From Acidobacteriota bacterium (GTDB taxonomy: Bacteria; Acidobacteriota; UBA890; WLXD01): DNA of 64,000 bases. The notes beneath the pieces are model-generated. The model did no database searches. It saw nothing but the letters and a program-made list of their open reading frames with translations, and had not been told where the DNA came from. How positions within the stretch are numbered: the stretch's first letter is position 1; each line of letters starts with the position of its first letter. The position numbers and the translations under genes were made by a program. Shown here in pieces: positions 52,180-61,670 of the stretch. The stretch lies in contig CBDFKD010000002.1 of assembly GCA_965248695.1 (NCBI GenBank), forward strand, positions 128,001 to 192,000. Direction: 5' to 3'.

Positions 52180-53388
52180 TCAGCCTGCCGCCGCCATCAC
52201 TTTCTCCAAGAGCCCGTCCTCAATGCCTGGCTGTATCCAGCGGACGACGACGACGAGCTCGTTGCCGGGATCGATCCACAACAGGTTGGCACCGCCCCCG
52301 CGAGCGCCGAACGATTCCTCTGCGACACTCGGCCACAGCTCGGCGCCGGTATTGAGCCACCACATGTGGCCATACCCAGGATTGAGCTCACCGGGAGTCG
52401 TGGCAGCGTCGATCCACTCCTCCGACACGAGCTGCTCGTCGCGCCATACCCCGCGGCGCAGATACAACAGCCCGAACCGGGCCAGATCCCTGGTGGAGAT
52501 CCACAGGCCGCCGCCCCAGTGGCCGCCGCCGCTGACCGATTCCACCTCCTGATCGCCGATCTCGACCATCGAGTTGCGGTAGCCATGCCAGCGCCACGAA
52601 CGGCTGGCGCCGATCGGCGTCATGATCTCCCGTTCCAGAACGTCGGCCAGCGACCGCCCCCATACGCGCGTGGCCGACAACGCGGTGCGATTCACCCTGA
52701 CGTCGTTGTACTCCCAGAACATACCGGGCGCCTGGAGCTCACGATCAGCGCCCTCTCGGCGGTCGGCGGTGTCGGGTTTGCCCCACAGCTCCCCCTCCCA
52801 TTCACTGGTCTGACGCAGCGCATGCTCCCAGGTAATTGATGCGTTCTGATCCGACTCGTAGCCACCGTCGTCCACGCTATCGGCGACGCGGGCGCCCAGA
52901 GCAGCGATCAGGCCGCGGTCGGTGGCCAATCCGACGAGCGTCGCCAGGAAGCTCTTGGTGACGCTGAACACCATATCGACACGGTTCGTGTCGCCCCACT
53001 CGGCGACGATGTAGCCGCGATGCAGCACCATGCCGTTTATCGACCCGCGCTCCTTCACGGCGCCGATGACCTCCTGATGCTCGCGCCCCTCGGACCGGCC
53101 CTCGAGATAGGCGCGCAGATCCGTCGGCACATCGGTCTCGTTGGCCACCGCGTAATCGATGGCCTCTTCCAGCAGCACCGGGCTGAAGCCGGCTTCTGAC
53201 GGCTCCCGGCGCTCCCACGCCTCGCCGCGGGCCGGGAAGTAGATCACCGCATCTTCAGGGTCCTCGAGGAGCTCGGGGTCGAGGATGTCGTCTTCCATGC
53301 AGGCGGCAACGACGATCCCGGCCAGCGAGACCATCAACGCCAGCGGGAGGACTCGTCGCAGACCGCCGGATCCTGGTCGCTGGATCAT
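52180..53388 (-). CDS. Serine hydrolase, beta-lactamase-like family, probable lipoprotein
   Basis: Lipobox-like VAAC, SxxK motif FSVTKS, YND and RDLARFG. Confidence 0.88.
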   Translation of the reverse strand: MIQRPGSGGLRRVLPLALMVSLAGIVVAACMEDDILDPELLEDPEDAVIYFPARGEAWERREPSEAGFSPVLLEEAIDYAVANETDVPTDLRAYLEGRSEGREHQEVIGAVKERGSINGMVLHRGYIVAEWGDTNRVDMVFSVTKSFLATLVGLATDRGLIAALGARVADSVDDGGYESDQNASITWEHALRQTSEWEGELWGKPDTADRREGADRELQAPGMFWEYNDVRVNRTALSATRVWGRSLADVLEREIMTPIGASRSWRWHGYRNSMVEIGDQEVESVSGGGHWGGGLWISTRDLARFGLLYLRRGVWRDEQLVSEEWIDAATTPGELNPGYGHMWWLNTGAELWPSVAEESFGARGGGANLLWIDPGNELVVVVRWIQPGIEDGLLEKVMAAAG

Positions 53389-53738
53389 CCCGCCCTCGTG
53401 CCATCAGGAACCGCTTGTTCTGGAACGGCCAGACAGGGCGTAATGCCGTCCGCGTAGCCGAGATCGAACAGCATGCCGTCGGAAACCTGCCCCATCATGT
53501 TTCGCGGCTCCAGGTTGACGACGAAAAGCGCTTGCCTGCCGACGATCTGCTGCGGGTCTTCGCGCTCGCCCTTGATCCCGGCGAGTATCGTGCGCACGGC
53601 ATCACCGAGATCGACCGTCAGCTTCATCAGCGTGTCGGCGCCTGGAATCTCCTCGACACTGAGGATAGTGCCGGCGCGCACGTCGACCTTTTCGAAATCA
53701 GCGATAGAAATCCTCGACTTGATCGCGGCGGGTGTCAT
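53385..53738 (-). CDS. tRNA-binding OB-fold protein (CsaA/Trbp111 family)
   Basis: DFEKVDVRAGTI, KLTVDLG...RTILAGI and VVNLEPR.M.G..S.GM. Confidence 0.88.
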   Translation of the reverse strand: MTPAAIKSRISIADFEKVDVRAGTILSVEEIPGADTLMKLTVDLGDAVRTILAGIKGEREDPQQIVGRQALFVVNLEPRNMMGQVSDGMLFDLGYADGITPCLAVPEQAVPDGTRAG

Positions 53739-54103
53739 GGGTTCTCGTCCCGGTGCACTCTTTGCGGCGAGAATGCCGGCACGCAGATGGCTACATAGTT
53801 CGCCCCGGCGGCACCGGGTGTGCTGTAACGAACCCACTCGCCCTTGCGGGCGTGGACCGCCTGACCAGCCGTCACGTCGAAGCTGCCGTCGCGATGCTCG
53901 ATGCGCAAGGTCCCGGCGAGCACGAGCGTGTACTCGTCGAATTCAGGTGTCTGGCCGGGCTCCTGCCAGCCACTGGGGCTGTGCATCTGGGCGATGCTGA
54001 CGTCACCGGAGTCCGTGTTCATGCGGCCCACGTACTCCTCGATGACCTTCGGCATGTTCCCCGCCGCCGGCGGACGACTGGGCGCCGTTATGTGTGTCGG
54101 CAT
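53735..54103 (-). CDS. Cupin domain protein
   Basis: IEEYVG, GWQEPGQTPEFDEYTLV, WVRYSTP and PAFSP. Confidence 0.85.
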   Translation of the reverse strand: MPTHITAPSRPPAAGNMPKVIEEYVGRMNTDSGDVSIAQMHSPSGWQEPGQTPEFDEYTLVLAGTLRIEHRDGSFDVTAGQAVHARKGEWVRYSTPGAAGANYVAICVPAFSPQRVHRDENP

Positions 54104-54298
54104 CGGCTCTCCGTGAAGTTGCTTGGCGTGTCCCTCTCCAGCACTCTATCTAACACGGTTCTGCGCCGTTCCGCCGGCCGTTGAGCCCGACCCCGACCGA
54201 TGGCAAGCTTAGAGGTCTCGCGCGGGTTTCCGACCGTGTCACCACATCGGCGACGGCCCTGCCTTCCGCCATACCCGCGCTATGTCTAGAGGTGCCCA

Positions 54299-56350
54299 AT
54301 GAAGCGATCGACCCTGTCAGGCTTGCTGCTGCTGCCATTGCTGGCCGTCACCCTCCCCGCCGGGGCGCCCGCCCAGGAAGCACCGGAAGCCGCCGAGATC
54401 TCCGTCGAGCCGTCGTCGCTGACGCTCGAGGTGGGGCAAAAGCAGCAGCTCTCGGCAACCGTGCGGGACACCGCGGGTGAGGTCATCGAATCCCCCGTCA
54501 TCTACTTTTCCAGGGCCCGCCGGAACGTCGGTGTCAGCGGCACCGGAGAGCTCGAGGCCTACCGTCCAGGGACCTTCGAGATCATCGCCCTCGTGCCGAG
54601 GCCCGGCGTGGCGTTCAGTCGTCGCAGTCTCGCGGACAGCGTGAGCACCACGGTGCGCGTGACCATTCCGGAGCCACCGCTGGCAACGGCGGAGTTCGTC
54701 AGGGTACCAGCGGCGTTCTACGCCGAGACCCGAGTACGCCTGGACACCCGGATTACGGACGCCTCGGGCGCCGAGCGTTCCGATGTCGCGCTACGCTTCG
54801 CCAGCAGCGATGCGAACGTCGCCGAGATCAACGCACTCGGCACCGCGACGCTCAAGACGCCCGGCGATGTCACGTTCACGGTTGTCGCCGACGACGTCAG
54901 CCGCGAGCTGCCGGTACGCGTGGCGGCCAACAACACGGCGTCGCTGCAACTCGAAGCGAGCACCTTGAGCGCCCGCACCGGCGACGTGATCCACTTCACC
55001 GCCTCGCCGCGAGACAGCGCCGGCAACGAAATTGCCGATCTGCCGGTGCAGTACGCCTTCCAATCGCGCAGCGCCGAGTACGGCCTCGGTGACCCCGGCT
55101 CCGGCCTGGTCACACCGGATGGTCGATTCGTGGCCGACCTGCCGGGCGAGTACACCATCGTGGCGGCCAGCGGCAAGCACACGAATTCGGTCACGGTGGC
55201 GATCAGGCCACGCGCGATCCAACGTGAGATCGAGGTTCTCGGGCAGGGCCGCGTCAGCGACCGCTCTACCTCGGATCTCTGGGTGTGGGAGGGACCGGAC
55301 GGACGCGACTACGCCGTCACCGGTACCCACAGCGCCGATGGGCACGCTTATTTCTGGGACGTCACCGAGCCGTCCAACATGCAGCTCATCGACACGATCA
55401 AGGTCGATGCGCGCACCGTCAACGACGTCAAGGTGTCGGAAGACGGCCGCATCGCCGTGATCAGTCGCGAGGGCGCCTCGAACCGGCGCAACGGGCTGCT
55501 CATCCTGGATGTCTCCGATCTCTACAACCAGGGTGCACAGGTACTGGCGCGCTACGACGATCAGCTTACCGGCGGCGTACACAACGTATTCATGTACGAA
55601 GACCACGTGTATGCGCTGAGCGCCGGCCAGCGTTACGACATCATCAACATCGAGGACCCGCAAAACCCCCATCGAGTGAGCTCGTTCGAGATGGACACGC
55701 CCGGCCACTCGATCCACGACGTCTGGGTGACCGACGGGATCGCCTACTCGTCCAACTGGACCGACGGTGTGGTCGCCGTCGACGTGGGTGGCGGCGGCAA
55801 GGGCGGCTCTCCGCGCAACCCGGTACTCCTCGGAAATACGCCCTACCCCAACGGCTGGAACCACGCGGCGTTCCCGTTCCGTTCCGCATCCACGGGTCGG
55901 TTCTACATGATTGGCGGCGACGAGGCGGGTCTACGTGGCGGCACTCCGGGCTATGCGGGCGAGCCGCAGCGGATGCAGGGATGGGTTCACATCTACGAAT
56001 GGGACGACTGGGACGAGCCCAAAGAAGTAGCCCGATACGAAGTGCCGGAAGCCGGCACCCACAACCTCTGGGTGGATGAGGAGAACGAGATCCTCTACGT
56101 CGCCTACTATCAGGGTGGGCTACGGGTGGTCGATATCTCGGGCGAGCTTCTTGGTGATCTTTATCGCCAGGGCCGGGAGATCGCCTACTTCTTGCCGTTC
56201 GATCCGGAGGGGTATGTGCCCAACGCGCCGTTCACATGGGGCCCGCAACCGCACAAGGGCAACATCTTCTTCTCCGACTACAACTCCGGCCTGTGGGCGG
56301 TGCGATTAAAGCCGCTCGAGGACGAGGATGCGACTATCGGTGGCAGCTGA
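54299..56350 (+). CDS. Secreted protein with Ig-like domains and a C-terminal LVIVD-repeat propeller
   Basis: Signal peptide, Big_2-like segments, then SDLWVW, VNDVKV, VHN, IHDVWV, NHAA, THNLWV and YYQGGLRVVD. Confidence 0.82.
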   Translation: MKRSTLSGLLLLPLLAVTLPAGAPAQEAPEAAEISVEPSSLTLEVGQKQQLSATVRDTAGEVIESPVIYFSRARRNVGVSGTGELEAYRPGTFEIIALVPRPGVAFSRRSLADSVSTTVRVTIPEPPLATAEFVRVPAAFYAETRVRLDTRITDASGAERSDVALRFASSDANVAEINALGTATLKTPGDVTFTVVADDVSRELPVRVAANNTASLQLEASTLSARTGDVIHFTASPRDSAGNEIADLPVQYAFQSRSAEYGLGDPGSGLVTPDGRFVADLPGEYTIVAASGKHTNSVTVAIRPRAIQREIEVLGQGRVSDRSTSDLWVWEGPDGRDYAVTGTHSADGHAYFWDVTEPSNMQLIDTIKVDARTVNDVKVSEDGRIAVISREGASNRRNGLLILDVSDLYNQGAQVLARYDDQLTGGVHNVFMYEDHVYALSAGQRYDIINIEDPQNPHRVSSFEMDTPGHSIHDVWVTDGIAYSSNWTDGVVAVDVGGGGKGGSPRNPVLLGNTPYPNGWNHAAFPFRSASTGRFYMIGGDEAGLRGGTPGYAGEPQRMQGWVHIYEWDDWDEPKEVARYEVPEAGTHNLWVDEENEILYVAYYQGGLRVVDISGELLGDLYRQGREIAYFLPFDPEGYVPNAPFTWGPQPHKGNIFFSDYNSGLWAVRLKPLEDEDATIGGS

Positions 56351-57596
56351 GCGACACAGATTGCGGTTGGCGCGCTCGCGGCGGGCTCGGCGGATCGCGC
56401 CGCGGCGACCGATTCCCGGATTTCCGCTTGTCGGATTCGGCATTCTGATCTTGGTGCTGGTGGCACTGCTCACGCTGGTGGCGCCGACGCCGGGAGCTGC
56501 TGCGCCCGACAACACGTACTTCCTGTACGTCGCGGCCGAGTCCGACGACATCGTGGAGAAGATCGCCTTCGGTCCGGACGGCTTCCGACTCGTTCGCAGC
56601 ATTCCGGTCGGCATCTGGCCGACCGAGACGGAAGGCCCCCACGGCATGTCCATCTCGCCGGACGGCCGCTACTGGTACGTCACCATCGCACACGGCAACC
56701 CGTTCGGGATGCTGTTCAAGTACGACACCGAGACTGATGAGTACATCGGCGACGTGACCCTGGGATTGTTCCCGGCGTCGATGGTGATCTCGCCGAGCAC
56801 CGGACTGCTGTTCGCGGTGAACTTCAACCTTCACGGCGACCACGTGCCCAGCACGGTCTCGGTGGTGGAGACCGAGTCGATGACCGAGGTGGCGCAGATC
56901 CCGACCGGGGTCATGCCGCATGGGTCGCGCATGAACGCCCGCGGCAGTCGTCAGTACAGCGTCGCCATGATGAACGACGAGCTGCACGAGATCGACGCGT
57001 ACCAGCTGCGCAATCGGCGCATCCTGCCGCTTTCTGAGAACGCGCCCTCCTGGGAGCGCTATCGCCAGACGGGCAACGGACTCGCGGAGGACGGCGACGC
57101 AGACTCCACGAACGGTATGGGCGACATGCGCCACGACGGCGACGTGGCGATGAAGCCGCCGCTGATCAAGCCCACCTGGGTGTCGCAAGTCACGCCTCAA
57201 GGGAAGGTGTATATAGCTGGCAACGGATCCGCCCGTCTGCTCGAAGTAGACGTCGAGGACTGGAAGGTCGAGCGCACCTTCACGACGGCAGCCGGACCCT
57301 ACAACCTGGATGTGACTGCGGACGGCAAGCTGCTCGTGGTCACCTACAAGAGCAGTAGGTCGATCGGCATCTGGAACCTCGAGCTAGGCGAAGAGGTAGC
57401 CAGAATCGATACGCTGCGGCCGATCCCGCATGGGGTGGTCTGTTCCCCTGACGGCCGCTACGCCTTCGTGACCATCGAGGGTATCGGCGGCGAGCCGGGG
57501 TCGGTGGAAGCCTATGACCTGCAGACGCTGGAGCGCGTCGGCAACATCGACATCGCCAAGCAGGCCGGCGGAATCGCCATCTGGAAGGTCGAGTGA
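56328..57596 (+). CDS. YVTN/YncE-family beta-propeller protein
   Basis: Hydrophobic signal segment and repeats GPHGMSISPDG, MPHG, GPYNLDVTADG, PHGVVCSPDG. True start is probably somewhat downstream. Confidence 0.82.
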   Translation: MRLSVAAERHRLRLARSRRARRIAPRRPIPGFPLVGFGILILVLVALLTLVAPTPGAAAPDNTYFLYVAAESDDIVEKIAFGPDGFRLVRSIPVGIWPTETEGPHGMSISPDGRYWYVTIAHGNPFGMLFKYDTETDEYIGDVTLGLFPASMVISPSTGLLFAVNFNLHGDHVPSTVSVVETESMTEVAQIPTGVMPHGSRMNARGSRQYSVAMMNDELHEIDAYQLRNRRILPLSENAPSWERYRQTGNGLAEDGDADSTNGMGDMRHDGDVAMKPPLIKPTWVSQVTPQGKVYIAGNGSARLLEVDVEDWKVERTFTTAAGPYNLDVTADGKLLVVTYKSSRSIGIWNLELGEEVARIDTLRPIPHGVVCSPDGRYAFVTIEGIGGEPGSVEAYDLQTLERVGNIDIAKQAGGIAIWKVE

Positions 57597-58048
57597 CGCA
57601 CGAGTTCGACGCCGTCATCAAGGAGGGCCGTGGCGGCGGCGCACTGGTGGAGATCCCCTTCTCGGTGCACGAGGAGTACGGAACACACGGCCAGGTGCGG
57701 GTGACCGCCACCTTTGACGGCGAGCCGTATCGCGGCTCGATCGCACCCATGGGAGGTCGCCATATGCTGGGCATCGCCAAGGCAATTCGCGCCACTATCG
57801 GCAAGAGCGTCGGCGACACCGTGCACGTGGTCGTGCAGCAGGACACGGCACCGCGCGAGGTCGAGGTACCTGCCGAGCTTCGAGACGCTCTGGCGGAAGA
57901 TGCCACCGCGGCAGCCACCTTCGACGGACTGGCATATACGTATCGCAAGGAATACGCCGGCTGGATCGCTGGCGCCAAGCGCGAGGAAACGCGCCGGCGG
58001 CGACTCGGGAAGGCGCTCGAGAAGCTTCGCCGCGGAGAGAAGCTGTGA
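57593..58048 (+). CDS. DUF1905 + YdeI/OmpD-associated domain protein
   Basis: VRVTATFDGEPYRGS, IRATIGK..GDTV, VP.EL..AL and RKEY..WI..AKREETR.RR. Confidence 0.88.
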   Translation: MTHEFDAVIKEGRGGGALVEIPFSVHEEYGTHGQVRVTATFDGEPYRGSIAPMGGRHMLGIAKAIRATIGKSVGDTVHVVVQQDTAPREVEVPAELRDALAEDATAAATFDGLAYTYRKEYAGWIAGAKREETRRRRLGKALEKLRRGEKL

Positions 58049-59067
58049 CTGGAGCATCCGAGCCTGGCCACCGGTCCGGTAGCACCGTCGAGATCTCCGT
58101 AGTAGTGCCGATGTTCAACGAGGCTGACAACGTGGCGCCGCTCTACGAGCAGCTGACCGGCGCACTGGAGCCCCTCGGTCGTCCCTACGAGGTGGTAGTC
58201 GTGGACGACGGCAGCAGCGACGGGACCTTCGAAAAGCTGCGCGAGGTCCATCGGCGAGACGGCCGCTGGCGCATCATCCGCCTGCGACGGAACTTCGGAC
58301 AGACGGCGGGGTTCTCGGCTGGCTTCGAGGCTGCTCGCGGTGACGTCGTGGTGACGATGGACGGCGACCTGCAGAACGACCCCGCCGACATCCCGCTGCT
58401 AGTGGCCAAGATGGACGAGGGCTTCGACATCGTCAGCGGCTGGCGCGTGAAGCGCCGCGAGCCGTTTCTCACCCGCCGCCTGCCCTCGATGATCGCCAAC
58501 CGCATCATCTCCCGTACAACAAGCGTATCGCTACACGACTACGGCTGCTCGCTGAAAGCCTACCGGCACGAGATCCTGCGCAACGTCAAGCTGTACGGGG
58601 AGCTGCATCGCTTCATTCCCGCGATCGCCAGCTGGCAGGGCACACGCATCGCGGAGATCCCCGTGAACGACCGTGCGCGAGTTGCCGGGACGACGAAGTA
58701 CGGGCTGTTGCGCGTCTTCAAGGTGGTCCTCGATATCCTGCTGGTGCGATTCCTGCTGGGCTACGCGACCCGCCCGTTCCTGTTCTTCGGAGCCCTCGGG
58801 GGCAGCCTGGCGCTGGCCGGCACCGGGCTGTTGGGATACCTCGCCTACGTGCGCTTCGTGATCTTCGAGCCGATCGCCAACCGTCCATTGCTTACCGTCG
58901 CCTTCGGGTTGGTCCTCATCGGCATCCAGATCATCAGCACCGGCCTGCTGGCGGAGATGGCCATGCGGACGTACTACGAAGCTGCCGGCCAGACGCCGTA
59001 CCGGATCGCAGAGAAGCTCGAGTCCGGCGGTGTACATGCGGATGCAGCCCGTACCGCTACTACTTGA
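58045..59067 (+). CDS. GT2 polyprenyl-phosphate glycosyltransferase (ArnC/DPM1-like)
   Basis: SVVVPMFNE, VDDGSSD, RNFGQ, DGDLQNDP and HRFIP, with two C-terminal TMs. Confidence 0.92.
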   Translation: MTGASEPGHRSGSTVEISVVVPMFNEADNVAPLYEQLTGALEPLGRPYEVVVVDDGSSDGTFEKLREVHRRDGRWRIIRLRRNFGQTAGFSAGFEAARGDVVVTMDGDLQNDPADIPLLVAKMDEGFDIVSGWRVKRREPFLTRRLPSMIANRIISRTTSVSLHDYGCSLKAYRHEILRNVKLYGELHRFIPAIASWQGTRIAEIPVNDRARVAGTTKYGLLRVFKVVLDILLVRFLLGYATRPFLFFGALGGSLALAGTGLLGYLAYVRFVIFEPIANRPLLTVAFGLVLIGIQIISTGLLAEMAMRTYYEAAGQTPYRIAEKLESGGVHADAARTATT

Positions 59068-59971
59068 ACGTCCGTTCGCCGGCTTCGATGCGCAGCGGTA
59101 GGCGGTTCTGCTGCGGCGGCATCGGGCAGGTGGCGAACGCCGTGAACGCGCACGGCGGATTATAGGCCCGGTTGAAATCGACCACCACGCGACCCTGCTC
59201 GTCGGGTGCATCGATCCACAGGAAGCGGCCGGCACCGTACGTGGAGTCGTTGTTGGTCTGATCACCGAAGGCGGTGAAGAAGTTCACCGTATCGTCCGAG
59301 TCCCTCCACAGGTCCAGGCGGTACGTCTCGCCGCCGAGATCGAACACCGCCGCGCCTGGCGACTCGACGTCCGCGACGGTACCGAGCACGTTCGGCACCT
59401 TGATGGTCTTTGCTGGCTCGTAGGCCTCGAACCGGCCGGCGCGATGCCAGTCGGGCGCGACGGTGAAGTTGTCGATCGACTCGAACTCCTTGAGCACCGG
59501 GCTCGCGGAGTCCTTGAGTCGGACCACGAACACGTCCTGCCGGAGCATCACGTTCCAGCGCAACGTGTCCCATGCGATCACCGGGCCAGATTCGTCGGCC
59601 CGGTCTCGCGCCAGAACATCCAGCGCGGGCTGGTCGTCGATCGTCGGCGCCACGCCGTCGGCGGCAACGAAGGTCACCGAATCGCCGTCGACGTGGAACA
59701 CACCCAGGCGCGGCGGCACGCCGGCACGATCGTAGATGAGCTGATTGTCGGCGGCCGAGCCGAGCCGATTGTCCCCCGGCTCGAGCCAGTACAGACCTAC
59801 CAGCGATAGCCACCCATCGGGTCGGACGAGCTGATCGTGGCGCCAGCTCCTCCAGGACTCCACCGTTTGACGATGCGCCTCGGCGTCGTACGGCAAATCG
59901 ACGCTCTCGCCCACACTGCAGGCCATCATCGACACACCAGCGAGCAGCGTGATGGACCGCGCGGCGATCAT
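59060..59971 (-). CDS. DUF1684 family lipoprotein
   Basis: GWLSLVGLYWL, FGDQTN..TYGAGRF and DFNRAYNPPCAFT.FATCP.PP.QN. Confidence 0.9.
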   Translation of the reverse strand: MIAARSITLLAGVSMMACSVGESVDLPYDAEAHRQTVESWRSWRHDQLVRPDGWLSLVGLYWLEPGDNRLGSAADNQLIYDRAGVPPRLGVFHVDGDSVTFVAADGVAPTIDDQPALDVLARDRADESGPVIAWDTLRWNVMLRQDVFVVRLKDSASPVLKEFESIDNFTVAPDWHRAGRFEAYEPAKTIKVPNVLGTVADVESPGAAVFDLGGETYRLDLWRDSDDTVNFFTAFGDQTNNDSTYGAGRFLWIDAPDEQGRVVVDFNRAYNPPCAFTAFATCPMPPQQNRLPLRIEAGERTFK

Positions 59972-60651
59972 CGCACCATCGCCGGCGCGGTTTCCACGCC
60001 CCAGTCGCGTTGCGGGCGCGTGGCCTGACGCATGGCAGCGAGGCAGTGCCCGGCGCGCTCTTCGATCTTGTCGAAGCGCCCAGCGCGCAGATCTTCGGCA
60101 TCGAAGAGGCTTGCAACCCATCCGACCGCGAACACTCCGGCGGCGAACCAATCGCCGACGTTGTCGGGCGTCACGCCGCTCGTCGGCACCAGGCGCAGGT
60201 GCGGCAGCGGTCCGAGCAGCATGCGGGCGTACTCCGGGCCATTGGCCGGCGCCGGGAAGAGCTTCTGGAGCTGCGCACCGGCCTTCTGCGCCAGAACCAT
60301 CTCGGTTGCCGTGTAGGCGCCCGGCATGGCCACCGCGCCGAGCTCGACGGCGGTGCGAATGACCGCCTCGTCAGTTGCTGGCGAGACCACGAACGACGCA
60401 CCCACCTCGATCGCGCGCCGCGCCTGCTCGGGCTCGAGCACCGTGCCCACCCCGACGAGCAGATCATCGCGACGGGCGAAATCCCCGATGAGCTCGTACG
60501 CACCCGGACAGCTCAGCGTGAACTCGATGATGCGGAAGCCAGCGCGCACCACAGCCTCCATAGCACGCGCGGCGGTCTCCTGATCGTCGGTTCGTAGAAT
60601 AGCCGTCCCGCGTTCCTCAAAGGCTCGACGCAAGAAGTCGTGTTCGTTCAT
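59968..60651 (-). CDS. eda: KDPG/KHG aldolase family
   Basis: IIEFT, VGVGTVL, FVVSP, Schiff-base lysine in KLFPA, and VPTSGV. Confidence 0.88.
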   Translation of the reverse strand: MNEHDFLRRAFEERGTAILRTDDQETAARAMEAVVRAGFRIIEFTLSCPGAYELIGDFARRDDLLVGVGTVLEPEQARRAIEVGASFVVSPATDEAVIRTAVELGAVAMPGAYTATEMVLAQKAGAQLQKLFPAPANGPEYARMLLGPLPHLRLVPTSGVTPDNVGDWFAAGVFAVGWVASLFDAEDLRAGRFDKIEERAGHCLAAMRQATRPQRDWGVETAPAMVR

Positions 60652-60871
60652 CGCGGTCTCGCGGAGGGTTGGTTGGAGTGGTCACGGTAGTCCGCGCTGA
60701 CGCGGGCTACAAGAAGGGGCACTACGACGGGGACGATCCAGCGGCGGCGCCCAAGGTCCCGTAGACGTTGCCGTGGGGACCCTCTTGCTTTTTACTAACG
60801 AGAGTCGGGCAGCATGGCGGCGACGGATCGTCGCCGTCGACGGTTGCACCCCATCTCTCGAGGGCAACACC

Positions 60872-61636
60872 ATGAGCACCCAACAGGCAACGACCACGAT
60901 CCTCCGCCGGGCTTCCGCGGTTGCCCTGATGGTGATGACAACAACCGGCGGCGCCAGCACGCAGATGCCACCGGCGGCGGACATCCTGCAGCACAGCATC
61001 GACTACCACGACCCCGAGGGTCTGTGGTCCTGGAACTCCTTCCGCATACAGCTCGCCGGCACTCGTCCGATCGCCGGACCGACACTCACCGAGATCGTTG
61101 TCGACAACGCGGCGGGCCGCTTCACGATGCAGCGCGACCGCTACGGCCAGTTGATCGAGACCGCGGTCACCGGCGACGAGTGCTGGACAAAGCTAGACGG
61201 CTCGATCGACTTCACTCCTGAGCAGGCGGAGCGCTTCAGCCTGGGATGCGACCAGATGCGCCGCCAGCGCGATTACTACACCTATCTGTACGGGCTGCCG
61301 ATGAAGCTGCGCGACCGCGGCACGCTGCTCCATCCGGAGGCTATCCGCACCGAATTCCAGGGACAGGCCGTCTGGCAGGTGCGCATCACCTACGATCCCG
61401 CGGTGGGCAGCGATACCTGGTACTTCTACATCGATCCCTGGTCGTTCGCCCTCGTCGGCTATCGCTTCTATCACGACGAAGCGGCCAACGACGGCGAGTA
61501 CATCATCCTGGACCGGATCACGGAGGGCGGTGGCGTGCGCCTTCCCAAGGTGCGCTCCTGGTACAGGAACGACAACGACGAGCTCCTTGGCACCGATACC
61601 GTGAGATCGGTCGAGCGACTGAGCCGCGACCAGTGA
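60872..61636 (+). CDS. DUF6503-like secreted protein
   Basis: SIDYHDP.G.W, RDYYTYLYGLPMKL.D, VGSDTWYFY and GEYI. Confidence 0.75.
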   Translation: MSTQQATTTILRRASAVALMVMTTTGGASTQMPPAADILQHSIDYHDPEGLWSWNSFRIQLAGTRPIAGPTLTEIVVDNAAGRFTMQRDRYGQLIETAVTGDECWTKLDGSIDFTPEQAERFSLGCDQMRRQRDYYTYLYGLPMKLRDRGTLLHPEAIRTEFQGQAVWQVRITYDPAVGSDTWYFYIDPWSFALVGYRFYHDEAANDGEYIILDRITEGGGVRLPKVRSWYRNDNDELLGTDTVRSVERLSRDQ

Positions 61637-61670
61637 TCTTCGTCGTCCCGGCCGCCATCGCGGCGCCTCA

